A DNA stretch of 64,000 nt from Lingula anatina (Eukaryota; Animalia; Brachiopoda): contig CM120649.1 of assembly GCA_051362555.1 (NCBI GenBank), positions 1,178,001 to 1,242,000 of the forward strand, written 5' to 3'. The notes under the pieces were generated by a model. The model did not search any database. It was not told where the DNA came from and worked only from the letters and a program-made list of their open reading frames with translations. Within the stretch, counting starts at the first letter, position 1, and each line of letters starts with the position of its first letter. Both the position numbers and the translations under genes were made by a program. Shown here piece by piece: positions 1-12,900 of this stretch.

Positions 1-25
1 ACAAGACACTCCGTGATACACTCAC

Positions 26-101
26 CTTTATCAGTCAAATTCACATAAGTTTCTAAGGTTTCCCCTACATGCTGTGACTCACAATCATCAACTAAATCCA
101 T
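26..101 (-). CDS. Putative first coding segment (MDLVDDCESQHVGETLETYVNLTDK..) of an unidentified gene continuing off the left edge; candidate 5'UTR exons at 1008-1122 and one ending at 4152
   Basis: Minus-strand consensus donors AAG|GTGAGT (26/25), GAG|GTGAGT (1008/1007), CGG|GTAAGC (4152/4151); acceptors TTTCAG (~200) and TTGCCAG (1123); ATG at 101-99 is open to the donor. No homology recognised. Confidence 0.4.
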
Positions 102-377
102 GTCTAATAGATACTTCCACTGAATTTAAAAAACAACAGTCTCTTGGTACAATCAGGCAATTGTTTCTTTGGTCCTTTCCGTTGGTCCTGATTTCAAACT
201 GAAATAGAAATAAATTTCTCACTCTTGAATCCATCCAATCTCTCATTTCATTCGAATAAAAATCATATTCTGATGAATCACACACTTTCAGTATTTGTAC
301 AGTTTACTTTGAAATTCATGCACTTTCGGTTATCTTGCTTTTAGCTAATCACTTTCCTTTTAATTACTAGCATTTCT

Positions 378-546
378 GGGGTAGCGCTAGCAATTTTTTT
401 CGCTTAGCCAAATCACCACATTTTCGTCAATTTGTTACCAAAATGGTTATTATTTGGCTAAAACATGTCAAATCAAGCCCTTTTTCTTTAGCCAATTTAA
501 GTCAGTTTTAGCACTTGGCTAAATTGGCGAGTGTTAGCGCTACCCC
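378..546. mobile_element. Mutator/MULE-like MITE
   Basis: TIR GGGGTAGCGCTA...TAGCGCTACCCC flanked by perfect 9-bp direct repeat AGCATTTCT (369-377, 547-555). Confidence 0.8.
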
Positions 547-1543
547 AGCATTTCTTTTACATCACTACACATGAACCTGAATTTGTAATTAATATCATTT
601 TAAGCTCTTTCAGCAATATATACAAGTAACAGTATACATACTGCAATAATGCCAAGTTCTAATCTATAAACTAATGAAGAAAAGAAGATCGTTACATGCA
701 GTATTATGGAACTAGTGCAATACAGAATATATACTTGAAATTTGGAAACTAAGAGATATGCAAGTAAGCCTGCAAAATTCAGATGGGTAATCTTTTTCCT
801 GAATTTTTTTTTTTACTCTTTGTTGATCCAACTTGAAAAACAGCATAAAATTCACACAGATTTAATTTTGATTCAGAGCTGCCTGTTCCCTGTGGACAGG
901 GCACGTACTCTTTTCAAACTCCTCCATCCTCACCCTGCAGGCCTGTAGTATTACAGAAAACACCTGTAGTATTACAGAAAACACCAAAACTAAAATGACG
1001 TACTCACCTCCACTGTTACCAGTTAACAAACACAGAGATATGAGCCTCTCTAGTCCTCTCTCTGCCCGCGCTGATTAAATAGGGAACCCCACTATAGGTT
1101 TATCTTTGCAGGGGACGTCGACCTGGCAATAACAAGTAAAGAGTTCAGATAAGATATTGTACATTTGAATATACCCTTGTATTTATACTGCAAAGCAGCA
1201 TTGGGGCTATTACTCACTAAGGATGGTGTAAAATGTTAGTTTCACATAAAATAGGAAGAAAACGTCAAAAGTAATTGTTTCTCATATGAGCTTCCTCCTT
1301 TAATTAAAAATGAAAAAGGATGTTAAGATACTGTGCATTGATTTGGTACACCTCCCCCCCTCCCCCACAATCAATAAACAGTAATGCTGACCAATGTATA
1401 TTTATAGACAAATACGATAGATAATATGACAAATATTTTCATTTCTACAATGTTGATTGGCAACATAAGAAACTGAAGGGGATGACCTTAGGAAAAAAAG
1501 TTAACTGTTTACAAGATTTAGCTCATTTAGTAACTACATGTTC

Positions 1544-1546
<3 letters not shown>

Positions 1547-1617
<71 letters not shown>
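1547..1617. repeat. (TA)n microsatellite
   Basis: Pure TA run; another at ~9907-9961. Confidence 0.95.
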
Positions 1618-1621
<4 letters not shown>

Positions 1622-2210
1622 GAAAAATTAACATTCAAGGTCTGGCTGAATATGCAATATGCCCTTTTGTTTCTTCAAAGAGATCAGCTCTGACCAATTT
1701 TCATACCCTTCCCAGTGATAAAAGAAATATAAACAGTAACATTTACTGATTTTTTCTAAATTACAATTTAGGCTAACTACTATATACAGTACAATAAACG
1801 TGTTAACTGTGTAAATATTAGTTCAATAAAGTATTCTTTGCAACTGTTAAATAAATACAATGAATCAGAAAGAAAGTGAAAATTCATTGGCTTAAAAAAT
1901 CAATTCTAAAACAACCACTAGAAGGTGTACAATGCATGTATCTCGAAGGCAGGAAGCACTTGCAATACATACATGTACATCCCCTTTTGATTTACCAACT
2001 ATCTCCGTTTCTGCACCATGTGAGTAAAATCAGCTACTTCCTTGTTCATCTTGTTCTTAATTTGTGACACGACTGGACAATTATTGATAAGGAAGACCAA
2101 AGGCCTTGCTTGCAGACAATGAGAAACAGGGATTTCCCCAGGACAGTAGAAGTAGATTCTCATTTTATTTATTTATCATTTTAATTTATTCTTTTCCAGA
2201 ATGCATTTAA

Positions 2211-2406
2211 GACCCCATTCCCAGAGATTAGATCAATCCAACTAGATTGACCTAACTCCCTGGGGGTTCATGCTAAATAGCTGTCAGCCAAGTGGGCACG
2301 AAAGTTAATTATCCCCTCACAGCTTGTAGTAGGCGGGATGGACATTTAAGCCAGATTGTCTGACAGTAATCTAGTGAGACTCCCCACGGGGATAGATTGA
2401 TCTACA
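2211..2406. mobile_element. Harbinger/Tourist-like MITE family A, truncated copy
   Basis: Homologous to 44007-44232, 56032-56257, 59913-60127 (shared core CTAGTGAGACTCCCC, GTAGTAGGCGGGA, CTCCCTGGGGGTTCA); preceded by TAA. Confidence 0.75.
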
Positions 2407-2727
2407 TGCACACTGAACTAGATATGAACACGCCTTTCACCTTTGGAGCGACTCCATAATAATCTCCTTATGACTTCTGCACAACTATAAAACCGAGAAA
2501 AAAGTAACATTATCACACTGAATTTTACTATTACATTATGTATACATTATACCATGGTTGGCGCTTCAAACAATATAATTATAGCACTTGTATTTTGATA
2601 CATTCTTGCTCTTAATTTCGTTTGTTTCGGTGCATTCAACCTATTTTTCCAAGCACCAGTCTCAGGAAAAGTCAGTTAAAACTACTGTATGTGACCTACA
2701 AGAGCAAATTATATCTACAGTCTGCAC

Positions 2728-2943
2728 CAGGGGCGGGTCCAGGATTATTTGAAAGGGGGGTCCACGGATGCACACACCCCCCCCCTTCCTGGTGGCACTT
2801 TACACACGGTAGAGGGCAAATGGTGCCATTTGGTATGATGCAGCTAGTCAAAATTCTAATTTCAAGAAATTGAAGGGGGGGGTGTGAAGGGGAATGGACC
2901 CCCCCCCTGACCCCCCCCCCCCCCCTCCCCAATTCCGCCACTG
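2728..2943. mobile_element. hAT-like MITE (CAGGGGCGG...CCGCCACTG)
   Basis: TIRs plus perfect 8-bp TSD GTCTGCAC (2720-2727, 2944-2951). Confidence 0.8.
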
Positions 2944-3297
2944 GTCTGCACCTCAATATTATTACCCTCTTGTATGTTGCATACAGTGCACATGCAACTT
3001 GTGTCCTAATTAGTACATATGGTACAGCAAGCAGAACACATGCACCTACAGAAATAAATAACATCAAATTTGCTCAGTTCTAATTAAGTCACACCTTGAA
3101 AATGGCAATGTATGTTCAAAAAATAATTTTAAACGGATTACATATGACTTTTGAATTTTGCAGTGTTACAAGCAACTTTTCCAAAACAACAAATTCTTAA
3201 TTGAATTCATTAAAAAGAAGGAAAAGTAGGAGGTTTTCTTTCAAAGTAGAAGGGTCTTAATCAAAATGTAGGAAAAGTATGAAATCTGGAAACACTG

Positions 3298-3468
3298 TCA
3301 GGATTTGGGGTACAAGCTAGGAGTCCAAAATGTCGATCTGTATAATTTGGTCACTGATTTGCAGGAAGTCCTACTATAAATATGTCATCATTCTCCAAAA
3401 AATTCGTAAGTTGTTCAGCCATCTTTGAAAAAATATAGGTCTTCAAATGAGGACTGGAAAGCCTTGTT
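3298..3468. repeat. Dispersed repeat, degenerate MITE-like; second copy at ~26097-26281
   Basis: Colinear similarity (CCAAAATG..ATCTGTA..ATTTGGTCAC..AAATATG..ATCATT..AGCC.TCTTTGAAAA..CCTTG). Confidence 0.6.
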
Positions 3469-4151
3469 ACAACGTACTAGTACCTGTCTGCTCGCATTCA
3501 GATTAGTTTAAATTTGTCCTGGAATATGTTTCTCTAGACCTGTGATTTGTAATCAATGAATCAGCTGTCAAATTTACACATCACATATGACTTCAAAAGT
3601 AGTCCTATTCAAGCCAGCAATTTCAAAAGGGGGGGTCTTTTTCTGAACAAGTGGACCCCTTCCAATGAAACCTTTCCTAGATCAAATTTTGCCCAGAATG
3701 GATCTTTTCCTGACAAAAAGGGCGATTCTTACGAACCCCCCGACCCCTGTCACACAATTGGAACGCAAATGGGCATAACTTGCTCCAGGCGCGTGACTCA
3801 TAATTCTATATTTATCCTCGGAAATTTTTACATGTGGGCCGGTTATTCTGTCCGGCTTAAGCCTCTTCACCATTTTTTTTAACTTTCAAAAAACATATTG
3901 ACAGCGAAAAACGGTTCTGCGTGATTGAAAGCATTCCATATTTACGTTCCAGTAATTAAAAAAATGAATTATGTTGATTTCTATCACCGCACTGTACATG
4001 TACACCGCTACATGTGGGTGATGCTTTAATGGTTTGGCGGTTTACAGTCGTTATATCTTCGTTTTCTGGCCAACTTTAACATGCAAACCCTAGTCCATTT
4101 CTTTTAAAACAAAGTGACATGACATAAAAGTCAAGGGACCGCATGGCTTAC

Positions 4152-4484
4152 CGTGACAACTCGAGAGCTTCATCTTGAGTACATGTGCCTGTTGACCCGT
4201 TCATCTAAATATAGGTTGGCCTCAATTTGGACATGATATTTTACATCCAATCTGAGGCCAGGGAATTCCCCCGTCACGTGAACTAACTCTGTTACTTTCA
4301 ACAGGTAGTCATAATTTTCAACCAAAAATTGTTGTTTATCCGAAAATACAAAAATATGAAGTCAATAAGAAAGTGTATGCACTCGTGTTTCATTTAATTT
4401 ACTCAGCAAATTATTTTAAATTTGCAATCAAAATGAATTTTAAAAGTTACTGCGCTGACACCTATCGTCAGTTTTGATAAACAG
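4152..4484. promoter_or_regulatory. Putative bidirectional promoter between APTX and the minus-strand gene
   Basis: Lies between divergent first exons; contains palindromic E-box GTCACGTGA (~4273-4281) and kB-like GGGAATTCCC (4261-4270). Confidence 0.45.
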
Positions 4485-4508
4485 GAGAGCACATGTGCAG
4501 CTGTGGAA

Positions 4509-4766
4509 ATGTCAAACTCGAGCGGCTTGAAGCGGAAAGCGGACAACCATGGTGAAAAACACGACAAGAAAAGACCGGTGCCACCTTGGGCATTGGGGCT
4601 TAAGTCTTCGATGGAAGACCCCGCACTTAGGGTCGAAGACGATGACAGAGTTGTTATAATAAGGGACAAATACCCAAAGGTACTACCAGCTAGTACATGT
4701 ACACATGTACTGACACTGGCGTACTACTACCGGTACGGCCTGTACGTGTACCAGTACTGAAGCGGG

Positions 4767-4799
<33 letters not shown>

Positions 4800-7700
4800 A
4801 AACATACAGTGGCGGATTTAGGGGGAGGGGGTTACAGCGGGGCTCCCCCCCCCCATCCGTTCGATTTCTGGAAAAAATCACACCAATGATCCCCTCTTGA
4901 AATCAGAATTTTGACTCGCTGAATCATATAGTTCTAATTAGTTTAACTTTATAAACCATACCAGATGGCACCATTCCCCTCTCAAATACCAAAACTTTTC
5001 TTGGCCCTTCACCGGACCCTGAACCCCACAACAAAAGGGGGGGGCTATGCATCCGAGGACACCCCCCCCCTTCAAATTATCCTGGATCTACCCCTGAACA
5101 TACATTACGCACATCATGTACCAGTATGTAGCTTGTGGCTTGCCTCACGCACTGGGGTACATACTGACCTGGTGTGTATCCTTTTTCAGTAGGTTGAAAA
5201 TTGTACTCGTACGAGAATGTACATACAGTGTTTTAATTGATGTTTTAATTTTCTCAGTTTTTTTGTATAGCCATGTGCATGACACAACCATGGTCTCTAC
5301 TACCTTAATTGTTATAAAAGAGGATTTCTTTTTCAGGCAAGGGAGCATTACCTTATCTTACCAAAGGAAGATATCCGCAACTTGAAAAGTCTAAATGCTG
5401 AGCATATCCCTTTGCTGAAACACATGCAGAAAAAAGGACAAGAACTTGCAGACAAGTGAGGACCCAATATCAGATCCCTGGGGTCCCCATTTCTCCACAT
5501 TTAGCCCCATATCAAAACGAGCAGAAGTCCCTTTATTTTTATTACTTGTTTCTCAAACAGTTTTTATTTTCATTAGAGGACATTAGGCCACACTTTTTTA
5601 TTTTTATGGATGACATCCTCTGAGTACCCCAAAATCGGTGCGAGAGGGCGAAAAAAAAAAAAAACAGTCCAAAAAAAAAAAAAAATGCTTAAGTAAAGGA
5701 ATGCTGTCAGTACACAGCTGGAAACACAAATTTAACCACAGAAACACGTATCAAACTAACAATATGTCTTTATCCATGCTCTCAAAATATTAAAGCATTG
5801 TGAATACTTCGTAGAAATGTAAAAAAAAGTCATGAATTGATATACTTCATATTACCAAATCTATTTAAGGTTATTTCATGCATTCATTTGGTATAGCAAT
5901 CAATAAAACAAATATCAATCAAACAGTGTGTCTTTATTTGTATTCTCAGAATATTAAAACATTTTGAACACTTCACAGAAATGTTTAAAAAATGATGCAA
6001 AGATATGCTTAATACTACCAAATCTATTAAAGGTCATTTCAGACGATGCCATTTTGTCAACTTCAACTCACACGAAGCAGCTAAACTGTCAGGTGGCCTG
6101 TCCGACCTTCAGCCCACCAAATACCTCGACGCCCTTGTCGACCCTTTTTTCGCTACAGAAAACCTGGTATTAATGTGCTGCTTTATACAGAATGTCACAG
6201 AAATGTTTCGGCCGCCGCCAGCCTTTCGCACAATTGTAAAAAGGTGATATCTCCATGCCCAATATCAATGGCATACCAATCCAAAACGATGGCGCCCGTT
6301 CTCTTTATGACTTTTATTGTTGTGTAATTTGAAAGTAATCCTAGAGATGAATTTGACAGCAAAGTGGCCGCATTTCCTCATTTCCTTGCAAATTCAATAA
6401 CAACGTTTGCGACAACCGACTTCGTTGGGGGGGGGGCTTTTTTTTTTTTTTTTTTTGGAGAACGGGCGAAAATCCGTGCGCGCGCAGGATGTCATCCATA
6501 AAATTAAAAAAGTATGGCCTTATCTATAAAAGCTTAAATATTTATTATTTGTTACTTTCATTTTTATCATCAGTATATGAAGGAGTTTTTATCCCATTAG
6601 CTGTGATCATGAGTAAAAAACTTACGATGTTAAGTAAAAATTTTTATTTACTTGTGCATCTTAAACTTACTCTGAATAATCAAGTTTATTTTAAGAGCTC
6701 ACTACAGAGAACAACTTCTAATGTATATATTTTCTATTTAAACTGAAATAATTATTATATTTTCCAGGTCTCCTCAATGTCAGTTTAGGCTGGGATATCA
6801 TGGAATTCCAAGCATGAGGTTAGAAGGCAAATAAATAAATAAATAAATAAATAAATAAAATTTCAAGAAATCAACTAGGGCTTGGGTATTTTTACTTTAT
6901 ATGATATTATGTGACAATGGAGGCTCTACCAAAGGCTCTTCTAGCTGTTACAGAATAAGCTAATGGACCAGGAGAGACTCTGGCAGAGAGAAGTGTACAA
7001 GTAGTTGATTGAAAAAGGGGGGGGGGGGGTTAAGAGAGAAATTTCCATTTGGAAATATGACTATAGTTAAGATTTAAGGTTAATCTTGTGGCAGTAGATA
7101 AATGGATGGATGGCTGTAAGAGATGTTAAAATTGTTTTTTTTTTTTTTTTTTTTGTCTTTTTTGGTATGGAATTGACTTCATGGTTGTACAGTTAATAAC
7201 TTGTTATATTTTTCAGGAATTGATATTCTTTGTTACAGATTTGATAAACATTTTCTGTATAATTTCAGCCAAGTTCATCTTCATGTTATTAGTCAAGACT
7301 TTGACTCGCCATGCCTAAAAACTAAGAAACATTGGAATTCTTTTACCTCAGAATATTTCATAGACTCCTCAGGTAACATCTTACTAATGCATGTTCTTCA
7401 AATCAGCTTTGAAAAGAATCACAAAAGCAGCCTGGACATTTTTATTTAGTTAAGTGATTTTTTCCTTTAAAACAAGAATATGCACGTGTATACCTTGGTC
7501 GCAACAGTTTTGTATTCAGTGACCTCTAATTATGTTTTTGTTTTTATAAAGCATTATTTTGTTTAAAATGATATGAAATACATTTTACATTCAGAGAAAA
7601 AAGTACCATGGATTTATCCCAAAATCTGAAGAATTATAGAAAATTAATGAAATTTTGCCTAGTGTGATGGTCCATGCCTTCAGTGCTTGCATTTTCAGGA

Positions 7701-9903
7701 TATTTTAAAAAGGTCCACTTTCATCTTAGTCTGCAGTTTTATAGCTCAATAATTTTAGTACACACTGATTTCACAATTTTCAATGTAACATTTCTGCTTT
7801 CATGTCCTTTCTTTTCTTACAGATGTCATAAAACAGTTAGAAGAGAAAGGCTCAGTCAAAGTGGATACTGGGAAATTTGAAGGTTATCTAAAGCAAGCCT
7901 TAAAGTAAGCATCATGCTGCCTTAGGATTAGTATTATTTTATTCTACATTTGCCCACCAAATTTAAACTAAAATTAGGGTTCTTTTGCATGCCTATGTAG
8001 TTCTTTGCATAAGGCTGCAAGATTCTGCTAAACCAACAGTATGACAGCCCAGAGCAGACAAGAGCACCAATTAGATTGATCAGTCATCTTTAAACCTGTA
8101 AAATTTCACCTCAAACAACATGGTCTTTCAACAAACATCATGTAAAATACAATTTGACTTTAAAAAATTCTGATTTGCATGTGAAAAGCAGACTTACACC
8201 TTTTGGATGTTGTCTGCCTGTTTTTGTTGTTTTTTTTTTCTGCAATACATCAATTGAACATGTTCAACAGTGGTGCCATTTTCCGGTTATTTTAAATTAA
8301 AAAGAAAAAAAGGTTCAATTTCTCAAGGCCCAGCCTCACATAAGAACTCAAGAGTTGGTCAGAACTTTTGGTTTACTTAAAAAGGAATTTTTTAACATCA
8401 GTCCTTGATAAATGCATACACATGTAAGTACACGCAGAGTTCCACTAAAAAGTAACCAACATTCTAACACATTGGCCAGTTTTTTAAAGTTTTGTGAAAC
8501 TGGCCCCATATAATCATTAAAGTGCACTATGATTTATTCATTTAGACCAAAGTAGACTCTACATGTATTTCTCATTTAAGATACTTGACCAGCTTTATTC
8601 TAATGTTCATTTATGACACTGCATTTTAATGTCACCAGTCTTAAGATATTGATTAATGAAATCTTAGCCATGAGAAATAAATGCCCTGCCTTTGCAAATT
8701 AACTTTCATGATTCACAGAAAAACTTGGTAGTTTATTCCTTTTCCTGGAATATTGTCAAGGCAAATAAAGGTTAAGGTCTTGATATAAGAGGTCCTGTGA
8801 CAGAAATGGTCTAAGTTTGCAAAATGTTAGAGGATAAAGATGAAGACTTCATGACTGTAGACTTGATTGGCTGTACCTCAAGTAAAAACACTTCAGTTTT
8901 TCATTTATCATTTTAGTAGATTTATGTGTATTTGTATTTGATTTTTTATTTACTATCTTATTGGACTTCATGTGTAAGTATTGTATTATTGTAGTAATGT
9001 TTGCCCTTACCCAGTCGGTGAATAGCTGCAAAGCTAATGTTTCCTTTCAATTTATACCCGACATAAAACAAGGCAGCAAAGCTGTCAAATGTACAGACAA
9101 AAAACAGAAAATAAAGATGCAAAATAGGTCATTTTGTCAATTTTGATGCAATAATAAATAATGCTTATAATAGCACTGTCAGTCAACACTGAATTTTAAT
9201 CTTGCACAACAGGTAACATAGTCAATAACAGGAGTGGACCCAGAGATATTTTCTGACAGTATTACAAAGTATCTATGTTGATCCATCCTCCATTTTGATG
9301 GTCTTCCAACAGAAAAAAATAGATACCAGTCAATATAAACTTAATAACCTGACTGTCTTCAGGAAGACCCAGAAGATGGTCCACCCCTTCAATAAAATTA
9401 CAGTTTCAGGACCATGAGAGTTCAAATTCACATTATGAAACTCTCAATATTTGAAAAATGATGACAGTGCATAAAATAATATTACATAATGTTTAAAGAC
9501 ATAAAAAACAATACAACTGCTTATGTGGAAATACAGAAAATGTGCAGAGCCCCAGGCAGATGAGAGTTAAAAGTCACAAATGCAAGTGTTTGAGAAAAAA
9601 TTATAAAGGAAAACATAACAAAGCTAGAAAAGCACTTTGAGAGTGCAGACCTCTGCCAAGGCAGCAATTGTTGATTATTATTGATAATTGATTGATTATT
9701 GTTCCAGACCACCACCAACAATTAATCATTGTCCTCTTTGGCCCACTTCCGACAGTTCCTGAAAATTTCTGCAAAATCAGTCCATAACTTTTTGTGTTAT
9801 GTGGCTGACAGACAAACGGGGGTGAAAATATGACCTCCTTGGCAGAGCTTGAGGTAAATATAATTCCAATGAAGATGCTATTCAAACTTTTAATCTTCCA
9901 GTT

Positions 9904-9964
<61 letters not shown>

Positions 9965-12900
9965 AAACTTATTTGCAATATTAAACAAAATTTACCTGCA
10001 TAATTATCACTGCTTCCTTATTATTAATCTAGCAGAGAGCTTTACCTTTGGGAGTTTACAGGGAAATATCAACAAGTGTGCTTTATGTAATCTCATTTAA
10101 TGGCCTATTAAGGCAAATGACTTTATAACTCTGAAATTAATCTAGTGATACCCAAGGGTAATTTACAGACTGACCCACTCAAAGGTCTTTAGGCCCATAA
10201 GTCACACTTTAAGAAAAGCACAAAACCATAATGCCCAAAATAGGAGACTACCAATCCTGATGCAATAATACATTATGTTTAAGGAGGGAATGTAGGTTTG
10301 AGATTTTCTCTTAAAATAAAGGTCTTGGCTTTTTTATTCCTGTCACATTCATTTAACGTATCTTCAAAATATCTAATTATGCTTGGAACACAGCTTTAAC
10401 TTCATCGTGTGACGTAATATTGGGATTTTGGGGACAAAAACACCATTTTTATACACCTGATTTTCTCAGGCACCTGGACAGCTATAAACTTGCTTTTGAT
10501 GTCATTATGACACTTGAACAAAGTACTACAGCATGGAGTCAGGGATTTTTCTTCAGACACTTATTGTTGATTTTATCTATAAAAACGTGAAATTACATCA
10601 AAATATTAGGGAATTTTCACTTTCAAAGTCTATAAATTAGAAAAGAGAGGATCAATCAAAATTTCTTAAAAAGCACTTTTAGAGCATACTGTTCATAATT
10701 AGCATGGTGAATTTGGTCTCCCTCAGGTGTACAGGTAGATAGTTAAAGCTTGTTAAGATAACGCTATCTCGTCAATATTGAAAGCAAAGAAAACGAGCAA
10801 AAACCCTTTCAGTAAAGTTAATTGTCCATATAAGCAAATAAAATTGTTGACAGCTTTACCTGTTATCGTTCTGACGATCGCGAAGATGGGTACTCTTTTG
10901 CCGGTTGAAATTAGCTTGTTTGCATGTATTTGGATGTCAGAAAATCTTATTTTTGTATCAATCTCACCTCCTGTTAGTAACTTCAAGGGGTTACCGCTAG
11001 CACTGCCAGAATGATTGACAGGCAATCAAGTAAGCCCTAATGACCCAAGCAATCAGTGGCCACGTCAATTGCCGTCGGGGCAAGTGTTAGGGATGCGCTC
11101 TAGGATGTGCACACAATAGTAGCATCGCATGCGGTCTTGTCCACATTCGCCAAGCGAAAAATGGTTCGAAAACACGGTCGTGTTACAGGACGCCGATCGG
11201 ACCACCAACAACAAGAAATAGACGCAACCAGAAAGGCTTTGTTAGAGGAAATGTCTAAAGTTGGGTGAGTCAGGAAAAATTCTGCGATAATTGTTGAAGA
11301 AAAAAAAAACACTATGTCGGCCTTTAAAGTGCGTACATGAATCCAGAACTGTACCTAGAATTGATGCTAAGGCTAATTCTCCAGCTCATAATTCGGAAAA
11401 ATCAAAATGTTTATAATAAGCTCTTTCGTGACCTCAGCCTGATATAGTTCGCGCGGAGTCTAGCGATATCATTAGATTTATTTGCTTTACTTTCTTTAAT
11501 GCACATGTATTGAACCTATGCGCCACCCAGTGAATAATTATGCTAGGGTGTGGGCTCAAGTCTTGTATTTACGCAAAACAATCTTGTGTGTTATTCCAGT
11601 ATATTCCATACAGGTGACTTTAATAAGCAGAGAATTTCTTTATATTCCGTGAAAAATACACTAAATTTATATAAAATAATATCATGGTTGGCCAAAAAAA
11701 TGTACGCACAGTGCATCCGTGCGTATGCCTAGTTACCCCCATGTATATTTTTAAAATCTAACACTAAACTGCATCGACCTGTTGGCGAAAATGGATAGAA
11801 AGAATGACGATTGTTGTCACGGGTAGCAAGCAACGGAATTTTCTTCTTTTCTTTTGCGTATCTCAAAAAGTTAACAAGAAAATCGAAAGAACGCGTGTAA
11901 CAACAAGCAATATTCAAGGGAGAACGAGTATTTCGGGCAAATCCAATGTGTCGGAAAAGATTCATCTTAGCGCTGATCACAATCAAGAGAGACTATCAAA
12001 ACAGCTTAAGCGGAACAATAGGCACTGCTTTGCCGATCGCTGTTTATGACAAAGGGGGCATGGCGCATCCCTGTTCTATTGTTTCCCTAGACGTGCTGAT
12101 GCTGCTAAGGTCCGCCCACCGAGTTTACCCATGCCAACGGCCCTTGACAACGAAGGCGGGGCATATACCAGGCCACCGCTGTCGATGTGTGCAGCATCAG
12201 AATAATCAGAAAAAACAAATTTTTTGTTCAAAATGTAAAAATTTTATTCTGTTAAACGTTAAATACACGTTTAACCAATAATTAGACATAAAAAACCAAA
12301 AATGGCTATTTTTAGCTATATTTGGGTACATCCGCTCCTTAACTGCACAGTCAACATCAACTTATGCACAACAGGTAACACAGACGAAATTAAAAGCATA
12401 AGGCTTCAGGCCCATCGGAGTTCAAGTTTATACTTAGAAAGTGCCAGAATGAGAAAAATGAAAATTTCACAAAAAATGCATAAATTCAATAAAAATGATA
12501 ATCCAATAGAGCTGGTTTTCTCATATGAGCTGAAGGCCAATCCTAAAAATCGTACTTGTAAGTTAAAAATGATAATAAGTAGCACAGTTTTCTTTTCATA
12601 ATGTTTGCAGTAGCAGTGCAAAAAGATTGTTGTCAATTTTGATGTAACATTACATAATAAATTAGAGAATAATTATCACCAATTTTTGTTTATTGACTAT
12701 AAATAGGATGGACATGTAGAAAATATGATTACCAATCGGCTTCATGTCCATGGGAGCTCTGAGTCCCACAATGAATATGCCAAAAAGATAATGAATATTA
12801 CACTAAAATGTATAGCTTCCAGAAAAAGAAGCCAATTAGACTGCTTTTCCAACTCAGGCTGTATTTTAGTCCTGTGTTTCTTTTTTGAAAGTTTGACAGT

